From Vicugna vicugna (lineage: Eukaryota), in contig MU058065.1 of the NCBI GenBank assembly GCA_013265495.1, forward strand, positions 10,023,720 to 10,087,719: a stretch of DNA of 64,000 bases. The letters are read 5' to 3'. The position numbers and the translations under genes are program-made. Shown piece by piece: positions 13,495 to 25,927 of this stretch (position 1 is the stretch's first letter; each line of letters starts with the position of its first letter). The notes beneath the pieces were generated by a model that was given only the letters and a program-made list of their open reading frames with translations, did not search any database and was not told the DNA's origin.

Positions 13495-13521
13495 CTCCAT
13501 CTCCAGATCCTGATCCTGCAT
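13495..13521 (-). CDS. TMEFF2: TMEFF2 coding exon 4 (27-nt microexon): DAGSGSGDG linker
   Basis: Minus strand reads ttttttttcccccag|ATGCAGGATCAGGATCTGGAGATGGAG|gtagga. It continues the exon 3 frame and matches the TMEFF2 linker that follows ...SEGSCAT. Confidence 0.95.
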
Positions 13522-16500
13522 CTGGGGGAAAAAAAAGAAATAATTTGTTTTTGCTTAAAAATATATGCAAAATTTTTTTGCCTTTAAAAAAAATTCATAT
13601 TTATCTTCTCTGTTAAGATGGTAATATATTGAAAAAAGCTAATATTTAATTAATGAAAAATACAGTCACATCAATTTAATTTCTATAACATAACTTATAA
13701 AATAAATTCCCTATTATTTTCATTCTTAAACTTCATGAAAAAAATATTATCTAGTTTTGGAATAATTCCTAGACTTGACTATGTTAAATTTCTCATTTTT
13801 ACTTTAATCAAGATTAATTTGGTGTCATTAACAACAACAACCAAAAAAACTGAAAATAAGATACTTATAGTGATCGGTGAGATTTAGAAATTAAAGTCTA
13901 AGATGTGGCAAATAAACTTGTAAGTGAGGCTTATATTCTTGTGTAGTGCAAATACAAAGGGAAAAGCAGTTTAAAAATGAGTATCTTTTTATATAAATGC
14001 TAATATGTTTTTCAAATACCACAACTGTGGATGTCCATCTGCAACCCAAATTGTCCTTTGTTTTTGAAATCAACAGAAGATTGAGCTTAATTTTTGCCTT
14101 TGTGATTAAAATTGGCTACACCCTAGGTGATGCCCGTAGAAAAGACAATAACCTCTCTCGGCCCTTCTTTCTCCACTTCTCTCCCCTCCCTCCCACGTGA
14201 TCACAACTCTGAGAGATGTCTATTTCTGGGAACTCAGTTTTCGGAAAGACTCAGTTTCCTAGTTGGAGTCAAGACCATTGAGCTTCCACCAGTTTCCACC
14301 TGTTAAGTGTAGACATCATCTTCCTTCTGCCTCCCCTCTTCCTCCCATGCTAAATACGTTTGGTTGTGTATTTTTAATGTTAACACTGAGACCTAACACT
14401 ACTACTGGTATTCTTTGTCTGGTATGCCATCATTTTACATTGAAATCTCAACCAGGGCTCAAGACCTATCTATATCAAATGCCACTTCTACAAATTTGTG
14501 TTTGCTGTTTTAGACCAATTAAAATAAAACACTGCTACTTGTTTGCCTCCATGACACTTTATTGAGAGGTACTGCACAGGAAGAAGCATGATGTATGAAG
14601 ATCTACAAGAGGCTGACCCATAGGGAAGAGTGGATGCTTCCCCAATAGTCGTCCTTGACATTTTGTTAGACGTGAGCATTGCCATGAAGGAGCAGTAGTT
14701 TAAATTGTCAGCCTTGGTGGAGACTCGTACTAACTAAATCCACTGGGTCTAACAATTTATCAAATCAGAATGTCAAGTCATTAACTGCTTATGTGACTAA
14801 GGAGCATGTCTTTGGGCCAGGATGGCCTTCTCTTAAAGGCAAGCTAGCTAAATTGGTAAAACAATTTATTATAAACACTTCTTAGTCAACACAGGCTCAA
14901 ACAAGAATTTTAATCATATGATTTGACTGTCTGAAGATAACAGATTAAGAAAGGCTGACACATTCATCTCCATAATAGGAAAATAGTCCAGTCAACTGAA
15001 ATTGAGTCGAAGTCACAGCACAATCACTTCTGGTTGGATGAGATTGTGCTTGATGGTCAGTGGTTGTCAAGTCTCCTTTTTGTAGCCTTTCACAGCTAGA
15101 ATTGTAACTGACTTTATTTGAATTAATTTGAAAGCTTAATTCAGTATTACTTGTAAAATCACCAGAGGCTAATAACAGGTTGTACTATTATAGCATTAAT
15201 ATATTCAACCTGTGATTTAGTTGAAGGTGTAGTTTCTTATTCCTTTCCTACTAAGAATGTAAACTTCTTTAAATCAAGAACCATGTCTTGCTCAGCTCTC
15301 TATACTTACATGTACCTAAGAGGAAATACATAAAAGTTAATGGATTCCAGGCTGCAAATATACTCACTGGGTAACATAAGGAATGTTAGTCAGTCTTCTT
15401 AAGCTTATTGGTCCTCTGGTCAATGGGTATACTAGTGTCTATCTCCTTGGACTATTGTGAGGATAACTGCACAACAGCACATTTTAAACGCTTATCACTG
15501 TGTCTAGAACATAATAATTAAAGCTTTGAGTGAACATCTTGTCTATCCATCTATAGATTTTCTATTAAATACATACAGGTGGAGAAAATCAAGGAAAATA
15601 TCAGTTGTATTTTGGTTTGTATTTCCCATGTATGTTTCTAAAACTTCAAAGGGCATGGTCCTTAAGACAATTTGTTTGATTTGACCCAAATTAAGTAGCT
15701 AGGGAATAAAATGGGAATATAAAGGGGGGAAACAGCACTTAAGTCCATGGCAATGTTATAAAATAGTGATGGGAAGCTTTAATGGTTTCTCCACTAAAAA
15801 ATGAATCATCTTGGCAAACCCAGAGACAGGTAGTTTACTAAAGCCTTATTTAGTGAGACAGAAACACCTAAGAAAAGAAGTCATGCTACCGTATCTGAAT
15901 CTGGGCTCCTAGTCAATACATTTCTTACAAGGCAAAAAAGTGAAATTGACAGTGAGACTGTTGAGCAGACTGCCCAATAGGAAACCATTTTCCAGACAAA
16001 AAACGGTTTGTAAGTTCAATGAAACATAAAAACCATAAAGTCATATCTTCTACTGCTTTTTATTCCTAGAGACCACAACTTGCCACCTCCACTCAGTGCC
16101 AAAGAGCATTAAAAAATAAATGGAGAATCTATGAAGAAAAGAACAAGAATCTCTTTTAGATCAAAAGTCAGCACTCCAATTTATTTACAGTCAGACCTGG
16201 TTAATCAGAATTACTTCCGTCCCTCCATCATTATTCAGATCAAAACCCTTTTAGATTTACAGGCCCATGGAAGATGCATTCAGCAAGACTGACTTACTAA
16301 TTAAATCCCACGGATATCTAGGTCTGTGAATGAGCTAGGGATGGATTACTCAATTGTGATTAAATTTTCTACTTGGTTAAGTATTTTCATAGTAAAATCG
16401 ACATATTAAGGCCTAGAATGGAAAGACTGAATGAATCAGAAGAATGTGACTGCATTTGCTGACAAGAACTTGAAAGTTGGCAAGTGAAAAAGAGAGATTT

Positions 16501-18020
16501 TGCTACCAAACATTGTTAACCACAACCATAACTGCGTGACTGTTTATTATAACTACTGCCCACTGATCCTTGTACTAGTCCTCCTCCTTTCCTACTGAGG
16601 GAGATGGTCCAATGACTCTCACGGGTGGCTCTTCCATTCATTACTTCTCACGTGTAGATGGCGCAGCAGTGATCCGTTTGCTGTAGCAAATAAACAAGAG
16701 GTGCACCAGCCCAAACTGCTCCCAGTCACCCTTGCGGGAAGGGCATTCACACTGGGAGGCAGAGAATCAAGCAGGAGCAAAGAGGGCTTAAAAACTAAAA
16801 CCAAAACCCAAAAGCCTACATCACTGTCCGTGAAGAATGATACCTTTCTCTTCTGCTGATTCTTAGGAACTGCGGAAGTCTCCAGGATAACCTGGAATAT
16901 TACCAACTACTAAACAATCAGTAGGTCTCAGATAATCTTTTGGAGAGTACGACCCTTTCCCTTTACTCACTTACCACCCTGCCCAGCCATCATACACATA
17001 ATTTTTAATGTAATTCCCTCGAATAGAAATATTTATTATCTAAGAGGAAATTTTAGTAAAATAGACCTTCTCTGGCACTATTCTATAGTGCCGTTTTTGA
17101 AGAAAGTTCTTATTTTATATCACTATTGGTTTTTTCCTGAATATGCTTATATCATCCAATTCCTCAGAAATAATGACTTTCCAGAAAGACGCTTATTTGC
17201 CAGTAAGGACAACTATCAAGGGACACTAACGTTTCTTTAATATACATGATTTTAGTGGCTCAAGCCTAACCTGAGAACTCAGCTGCATTTTATAGCATTG
17301 CTGTATAAAGTGGGGCTTTATTCCTCTTGTTTTTTTTTATTTTTTTCTTCCTGTAATGCCGTTCAGTTCTAACAACCATTGTACACAAAAATCCTGAAAA
17401 GCTAAAGAGCATATGGAGACACTCTTCCTTCTGTCTGTCCTTACAGTATTCTCGATACAATATAACTGTTGAGCTTTGTGGACTCCCAGGCTGAAAGGAC
17501 AGACGTCATTAGAAGTCATGTCCATCACCGACAAACTTCAACATAATCTATTAAATGTTAAGAAGAGCATTTTGCAGAGCTGCTAAGGCTAGCCACATCT
17601 CACCTTCCCCATCCAAATCTGCAAACTGCCCTCCAGCAGACGATGCTATTATTCCAAACAAACAAAACAAGTTTTACTCATGCTTAGAAAGGTTTCTATA
17701 TATCTAACACCTGAGCAGTCATACTAGAGTTCTAATTATAGTATTCAACTGTCTGCATTTCATTAAATAACATATGTATTAAAATCTACTGAGATCCTTA
17801 TGGTAGATTTCTCTTCCTTCTAGAAGTGATTTGAAATGTAAAAATATATAGAATAAAAATAATTCATGCTTTGTACAAAAGAATAAGAGGCTTGTCTAGC
17901 CAATATATAGTCTGAATTATTTAATTGCAGATAACATAACAGGAAACATAGCAAGACAGGGTTCTTGGATTCAGAATCCATTCAGAAGGGTTCAGGGTGT
18001 CTTCAGGATCACATACATAC

Positions 18021-18150
18021 CTGTGGCACAGGATCCCTCTGACACCACAAGTATCTCACTCTGCTGTTTGCACGCAGCCTGCCGCAGGTAACACTCATTC
18101 TGGTAGCTCTCCCCATTGGAGCCGCATACAGGCACATAGTCACTGTTGCA
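18021..18150 (-). CDS. TMEFF2: TMEFF2 coding exon 3 (130 nt): Kazal subdomain of follistatin module 1
   Basis: Translates CNSDYVPVCGSNGESYQNECYLRQAACKQQSEILVVSEGSCAT(D), containing the Kazal signature PVCGSNGxSYxNEC. Acceptor ctccccag|, donor G|GTATGT. Confidence 0.98.
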
Positions 18151-21100
18151 CTGGGGAGCACACAGAGGTAAGCCTATGGTTAGTACAGGAGTCTTCATGC
18201 TCCTGACATCTTGGGCAGAAATCATCATTTACAGAAAAAAACACTTGTCTTCATATTTAGTGACCACCATTGTCCCAATGTATACATTAAGTCTTTGACC
18301 TTGCAAGGGCATCATTCAAAGATATACAAAGCAATGTCAAGTAAGCCAACGTGGTCATTTGATTCAGATAGGGGGAAAAACAGCTTTGAAATTGATCAGG
18401 CAATTCCAACAAAGTGATAGGACAAGTAATAATAAAAAGATATAACAACAAATGTATCAATATTGTTTAATTTTTTTTCCTGATAGCCCATCTGGTGTGA
18501 TGGGAAAAATCAGGACATCCTGCAACATTTAAGCTATTCAAAATTAGGTAATGTCTATCTGTGGAGCAGAAGTATATAGCTGAAATGCCACAGAGTTACT
18601 CCTTAGAATGTATTTTCCCTGTTGAATCTGAATCTTTACAAATTTATAAATATATGTATAAGACGTTTGGATTACTAATTAATTTTTTATATGTCTTTAG
18701 ACCATTGGATCCTGATGCAGATACAGCGTAGAAAGAAACAAGAGACTATGAAATACAGGAAAAAAGTCAACAACTACTGAACTATATGTAAACTTGATTG
18801 ACTATTCAAAAGTATGACTATTAATATATATTTCATAAAGAGAAAAGTTCATTTTGAAAACAACCTCATTACAAAATGTACACATTTTACAATGGAAATT
18901 AGGCAACCTACAAGGTATACTCATCATAATATAATCACACTCTAAGGCATTAGAGATACTTGGCTGTGTTCTATACCTGCTAATTAAAGCAGTGATGTGA
19001 TTATCTCACGATTACTATGAGTGATGTGCTACATTGTTTAATTATAACAAATGTAATGATCAAGATGATTATTTATAAATACTCTCATGCCAGAGAAACA
19101 AAGTAAAGCAAATCACACATACACAGGCATGTGAAAACACTTTTCTGTTTTCTACTTCTTATTAAAATATTTGGATTTTTGATGTACTACAAATTTATAA
19201 CAGATGTAAAATAAACCAATGATTTACTGAGATGGCTAGGGCTTTAATATATATGATAATAAATCTAAAATTCTAACATAAGTTAAATCTAGCTCAAGGA
19301 TTTACACAAAAATAGGAGCAAATTCTCAATATGGTTAAAATCTGATGACAAAAACCTGAGATTTATTTTCTTACTGTGCATTTTCTTAGAATATTTGTAC
19401 TTTCTTCTTCCCAATCAACCATTTATCTCTTGCTCTTTACCGTTATGTAATAACGGCTTAACATCGTAACCATTTTTTAATGGTATAAGACAATGTTCCC
19501 TGAAATGAAAGTTTTATGAGTCTTACTTTGCATCTATTATTGAAAAACCTAAATATAATTTTTTACTAATAGTGATATATTATTCTCCCAATAGTAAATT
19601 CAAATTGTATGACACTCAGATTACAATCACTATAATTGCTAACAAGGTGATATAGATACTAACTCATATCTGTCTAGAAATTATTTAAGTATGATCAAAA
19701 TGATTTAAATATTTTAAATATGAAACATTGTAAATATGATATATTTTAAAAATCTTCTTTATTACTGCAATTTCTAATGTAGACATTCTGGAAGGTTCTA
19801 TATAATAATTCCTTTCCACAGTGACACCTCCCAGACTCAGTCAATCTATATTATTATATTCTAAAAACTACTTTGATAGGAACATTTCACTCATAAGGAT
19901 CTTTAATTTAACAGGCAATTCAAATTCACTTCTAACCAGGTGATACCTGTGTAAGGGCTGCCTTCCACAAGCTTTCCAAAATATTTATCTGAAAATTGAC
20001 CTACATAAAATTGAACATCTTTATCATTACTGAAAAAAAGGCAATAGAAAAATGTCAGTAAAGAGTTGAATTTTCCAACAAGCAGTACTGAAGGGATACC
20101 CAATAAATGGAGGTGGTGCTCATGTCAGAACAATGGCCAGGAGGCAGGTAGGTGGATAAATGCTTGATAAATGTGCTATCTTCAGGACCAGGGACAGGAG
20201 AATGTAGGGAGTATTTATGAGGACCCACTAACGCTACAATAGTATCTGAGAATATGGAAGAGAGACCGGAAAGAAGTGAACAGCTGGTAAAGTATTATAG
20301 TCAGTAGACTTACTGAGCCTTTCACTAGGCAGAAGAGAATCATATTAGTGTGAATGGCTGGGCTAGTTAACATCTCATGCTTGGGTCCTAGCATTCTTGT
20401 CCTGGGTTACCTTTAAATCTCCATCTCCAACCCTGGTTACAGTCAATACTTAGTGTGTAGATTATTGGGTCCACATTTTCTCCTCTCTAATCCCTAGAAT
20501 TTCCCTCTCTATCCTTCTCATTTATTTCTGCAGATTACTCAGATGTAGTCAGTAGATGGGGAGTGAGGGGTGGGAAGTATTTATGATCTCTGTCAAGTGC
20601 TAGTACACAATGCTGATATGCATCTTAAAATATCGAATAAACTGATAAAGTGCTCATATGCCACTTCTGAGGGGTGCAGTAAGCCAAATGTGAACAGTGC
20701 TAAAAACAGCACTGCCAAGTTCCATGCACAAGCCAAAAGGGAGATTTGTACAGAGTTGAAAAGAGCTTAACTGTAGATTATCAGCACGATGTTTTTGGCC
20801 CTTAGCACCATGACTTGCACTCATTAAAATGAATAACACACAGAGGAAGCATACTCTAAATCATTAAGGCTCAAGACTGGCAGTCTGGTCCTAGATTCTC
20901 CCGTTCCTCTCACTGCCTCGGTGTAAGACCTTGGATATATCCCTCAACAATGAGATATCTAACATGCTTATAGCTTAGTTTCCCCATTTAAATTGGTTAA
21001 CTGGGGCATTTGGGAGGATTAACAGAGTCATGTTTTAAAACGGTTTGGAATACTCACTTATAAAAAGAAATAGAAATTATTTGCCTTTCATGATATGTAT

Positions 21101-21950
21101 TTCAACTAGCAGAGTTACCATCTAACATCGACACTAAAGCATGCATGTCTAAAATTAGAAAAATAAAGGAAAATAGGGTAACCCTAAGTATAAAAGTAAG
21201 CTAACTACTATGTCAAAATATGCCAAGTTATTGGAAATAATTTTTTAGTGCTAATCGTGATACTGCTCAGTTTCAGATGGAGGGATAGATTCAGATGTTC
21301 AGTGACATGCTAAAGGCCACATAGTTGGCTGGTAAGAGAAAAATCAAGACTCGGGCCCAGATGGTTAAGCTCATAAATGTATGTGTTGTCCAAACTTCCT
21401 CTCCAGGGAAAAGTGATTCTGTTTTTATTCAGATGTTTTAAAAATCTAAAGTTTATTTTCCAAATATGTGTTTTTCAGTGAATGATTTTGTTCCAAAATG
21501 CCCACATTGCTTAAGAAAGCAGCAACGTGTCAATGAGTGGATTCAATGACTTGATGCTCTAAGATATATGGAATTCATTTTGTTACAAATGAACCAAAAA
21601 TTTATGGGAGAAGTTTCTCATGTGATTTATTGCTTGTTTGGTTAATAAAGATTTCTTTTCACTGAGATTTCAGCATCTAGAAGTGATGCATAACTTATAT
21701 TTTATATATTGTCGGCACCTTTCATGGAATCTGGCATGGAGAAGGCTCTCCACAGATGTTAAGTGAATTCTGTTATATTCCCAGTTGTCAAAGGCTTCGG
21801 AATAATGGCTTAGGATATGTCATGTTTCTCTTCCAAAAAAGAAAAAAGATAAAAATCCTGCATATGTCCCAATCTTTTGATCATTCCAGAGGTAACTTTT
21901 ACTTCTCTGTGACTGTATTTCTCCATATGGAAAATTTTTATGATTTGAAA

Positions 21951-22374
21951 AGAGTGGGCAGGACTGTGACTGTGGCAACAGTGACTCTGCGTGACTTCTG
22001 AGACTAGATCATTAAAGGATACAGCTTCTACCTGGCTCTCTCTCTGTCTCTCTCTCTCTCTCTCTCTGGATGCTTGCCCTTGGAATCCAGCCACTGTGCT
22101 ATGAGGAAGCCCAAGCCAGTTCAAACAGAGAGACCCACATGGAGAAGGACCCAGGTCCCCAGCTGATAGTCCAATACATTAGGGAGAGCCCCGAGAGAAG
22201 TACACACCAAGCCTTTTGAGTTCCCTCCGCTGCTCAGCTAATGCCAATGGGAGCAGGGATGAGCTGTCTCCATAAAGCCCTGTCCAACTTCAGATTCATG
22301 AGTTAAATAAATGTTCATTGTTTTGAGCCACTAAGTTCTGGGCAATTTGTTATGCAGTCCTAGTAACTGGAACA
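21951..22374 (+). mobile_element. MaLR LTR (MLT1E/F-like) containing a (CT)n tract
   Basis: CCAGCCACTGTGCTATGAGGAAGCCCAAGC and the typical 3' end AATAAA...TTTTGAGCCACTAAGTTCTGGGCAATTTGTTATGCAG...AACA. Confidence 0.8.
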
Positions 22375-24424
22375 ACTGCAGATCTAAAGCATGGCTTATT
22401 AAATTAAAATATTTCACATTCAAATTGAATGATACCTGAAAAACATAAGGCATCATCATATTTTGAAACTATAAAGTGATAACTGATCATTACATATTCA
22501 TTGATATGATGAGTGCTATCTATGAATAGCTGCACATAGGTCTTATTTTCTTCTTTCTTCTTTCCTCTTTCCATCCATCCATACCTTCATCCATCGACTG
22601 TCTCTAAATTTTCATCCCCATAACTGATTTATCATAATGGGCAGCATACCATTTTGTATGCAGATAGAAAGGTAGAATGCATGAGGTTGCAGGCCATTTC
22701 TGGAACTCGTATCATCACCCAAGAATTAGCTGTACTACTTTTGATGTAAGAGTTGTCTACAAGAAGTTGGTGCTTTTGTTCTTGTGACTCATATTTTTAT
22801 TTGCATGAATAATGTCCTAGAAAAAAGTGAGATTTGATGTCAAAGGACCTAGGTTCTTGCTTTAGGATCATCAATTAACAGTAAGTTATTTACATTTATG
22901 GGTTTTATTTTCCTCATCTGTAAAAGGAGGAGAAAATAATTATTTCACACAGTTGTGAAAAATAAATAAGATGATGTGTTTGAAGGGTAGATGTTTATTT
23001 TAAATCATTTAAGAGAGGTGAAGATAAATACTTGTTCACCTCAGTGCTCCAATAATAATCCAAATTTAAAAACATAGTTTATACACACATACACCTATTT
23101 CTCTTTGAAATTTATCTCTCTGCCAAGAAGACCATAGTTGCATCCCATTTTGAATATAAAAATTTGGGTTTGTACCTGAAAGCAGGAGAAACAGAGAGTA
23201 GATGAACTCAGCTAGTTTAGAATAGTATATAGGAAAACAGATTTTCAGGACATCTCCCTTTTCATCAGATACTGGGCAAAGAAAATCTCAAATTCATTGG
23301 AAAGTACTGAGTCAAGATACTCCTAACATAAAAATGTCTTATCTCTTAATTCTTTGCACAACTTGTACATTTTCTTTGAACTTGAAGTTAATTCAGCCAC
23401 TCAATATTCCCAGTATGTGTAAACTCTAAAATTTTCCACTAGGGAAATGCTTATTTCCTTCTGACAGACTGACAACTATTGCAAAGCACAGACTAATAGC
23501 AATAGTAATCTAGTAGTACATTTCAAATGCTACAGGCATTAGGAAGCGGAAATTTACATTTTAGTTTCTTATTCAAATTTGCATTCATTGCCCTCCCCTA
23601 ATCTATTCCATTCAACAATTATTTAAATTAATGACAAATGTAACTGGCTGACCAATGTATGAAAAAAATAAATATCTCTGTTGATAAAAGATTTACCAAA
23701 ACCCTTTGTGGAAGCTGAAAACTGAACACAATTTCTTTAATAAGAAACTTATACATTTCCTTTCAGTAACATGCATTCATTTAGAGTTTTATGAACTCCT
23801 CTTTTTTTTCTCTGTTGGCAAAATCTTGTTATGATTATGGCTTTCCATTTGTGGAACATTTTCCTTGGTTCATTTTATACTGTTTGAGTTCACTTCTTAT
23901 GTCTACCTGTGGTTATGAAAAGAAGACAAATTTGGGGGAATTACAAACTGAAAGGGGAAAAACATCCACAAAATCCTGGGGCTTTTTAATTAATGACTTA
24001 TCTAACTGTAATTTCCCTTTAGTTAGTGTTTGGGGGAAGTATGACTTAGAGAGTTTTTATGCTCTGTCTCTCTCGAGTTGCTCCTTGAAAGAACATAACT
24101 ACATTGTTCAGTGTGGCTGGAGACCTTAGAAGGTGGTGTTGCATGCATATTAAATACGTATTAATGTTCCCAACACTAGACTATGGTCTAAGAAAGACTG
24201 AAGCATGGGCACAGCAATGCTTACCCACCAGGTGGTGGTGCACTTGACAAATACCAGTTGTTTATTGCTTTTCTTAGAAAGAAAAAATGATGTCCCAGAA
24301 GTTTTTAGCTTATCTATAAGCTATTCAAACTATATTTAAATGTGAATTCCCTTCTCTCTCTCACTGGGAGGTTGAATTCAATCTGAAATATTTAAATTTC
24401 ACCAACAATTCTAAATATTACATA

Positions 24425-24764
24425 CAGTTGGCCCTCCAAATCTGCGGGTTCCACATCCACAGATTCAACCAACTTTGAATAGAAAATATTCTAGGAAAAC
24501 GATTCCAGAGAGTTCCAAAAAGCAAAATTTGAATTTGCCACTTACCAGCAACTATTTATATAGCATTTGCATTGTATTTACAACTGATTACATAGCATTT
24601 ACATTGTATTATAAGTAATCTAGAGATGACAAAGTGTACAGGAGGATGTGCATACATCTTATACAAACTTTACATAATCTTATATAAAGGGACTTGAGAA
24701 TCTACAGATTTGGGTATTCGTGGTGATCCTGAAACCATTTCCAATGGATGCTGAGAGACAGCTG
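24425..24764 (-). mobile_element. MER2-family TcMar-Tigger MITE, apparently full length
   Basis: TA target duplications at 24423-24424 and 24765-24766. TIRs CAGTTGGCCCTCC.../...GAGAGACAGCTG. The interior (TTATAAGTAATCTAGAGATGA, AAGGGACTTGAG) matches the recalled MER2 consensus. Confidence 0.85.
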
Positions 24765-25817
24765 TACCGTAACAAAGTTTAGACCTGTATTTGCGTTCTA
24801 ATGTTTTATTCGTTTTATCTCCTTTCAAACTTTTTTTTTTTTTAGTTTTGCTTATAGTCTTGGAAAAGTTTTCCCTGATCCCAGGAATATAGTTTCATTT
24901 ATGCAAATATTTCCTGGTTGACCCTTACGTTATATTTCATGTGTATTTTAAAAAGTAATTCAATAACACTCAGAGGTGAATATAAGATATCAGTGCAGCA
25001 TCTCTAATATTTGAATTACATAAATATATTGAGAGAAAAAAGGTTTATAATTTACATGGTAGAAAGCATTTGTTAGATGATGACTATAATAATGACATTG
25101 AGAGTTCCACCTTTAATAAATACTAATAATTTACTTTTGATGATACCACTGCTGCAATCTTTCTTTTAATTTTTATTTATTTTTTTAACATGAGGCAAAA
25201 CACATCTTTCTCATGTTTATAAAATGACTTGTGGCTATTTGCACTCTTTCAGATTCCTGAGAGAGTCAGTTGTAAGTGACTGTGGTATCCATGAAAAGTG
25301 GACATATATTAATAAATGACATGATTTCCGAACTAGCACGGTAGTTTTGAAGTCTCATTCATAAAGAGTTCATCTAAAAACTTAACCAGATTACCAGGAT
25401 AATAAAACCCAAGACCATTAAAACAGAGCAATATGATCAAAAGATCAGAGCACCAATAGAAATAACCAAAGTAGAAATCCACACTTCTTATCTACCAATG
25501 ATTTCGACTATTACCCCCAGTAGCTGACTTGTAAAATGCACATTAGAAGGGGCACAGAAACATAATTTTCCTTTGGCACACCAAAAGAACAACCTGAAGC
25601 ACTCTACCTCCAGCGGCATTTATAACCATGGCATCTACACTTCTCCAAAAAGCGATGGTCTTTTTGACATCAGTTGGCTCTGCTGCCAGTACTTTTGTTT
25701 GTTGCCAGCTTTCCTTTTAGCTTGCACAGCTATAAATTGCCAAGTGATGGGCTGTAAAGGAAGATCTCTGCTTTGTAGTCTCATTAACGAATTGGAAGAT
25801 GCAAACAGAACTCTTAC

Positions 25818-25927
25818 CTTGAACTGACAGACGCAAGTCACAGTGTCTCCAATCCTTAAACATTCCCCGTCAAATTTACAGGTGTTGGTGTCACAGAGGA
25901 AGAGATCATTTTCTCTGTCATCATAGC
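25818..25927 (-). CDS. TMEFF2: TMEFF2 coding exon 2 (110 nt): N-terminal part of follistatin module 1
   Basis: Read manually (only partly in the ORF track): (G)YDDRENDLFLCDTNTCKFDGECLRIGDTVTCVCQFK. Acceptor tttgag|, donor AAG|GTAAGA. Phase 1 in and phase 0 out, consistent with exons 1 and 3. Confidence 0.97.

Noticed and set aside
14224..14232. STAT-type motif TTCTGGGAA
   Set aside because: A single short motif is expected by chance many times in 64 kb.
18151..18228. In-frame upstream extension of the exon 3 ORF (MMISAQ...CAPQ)
   Set aside because: It lies upstream of a clear ccccag acceptor and is not TMEFF2-like. Intronic open frame.
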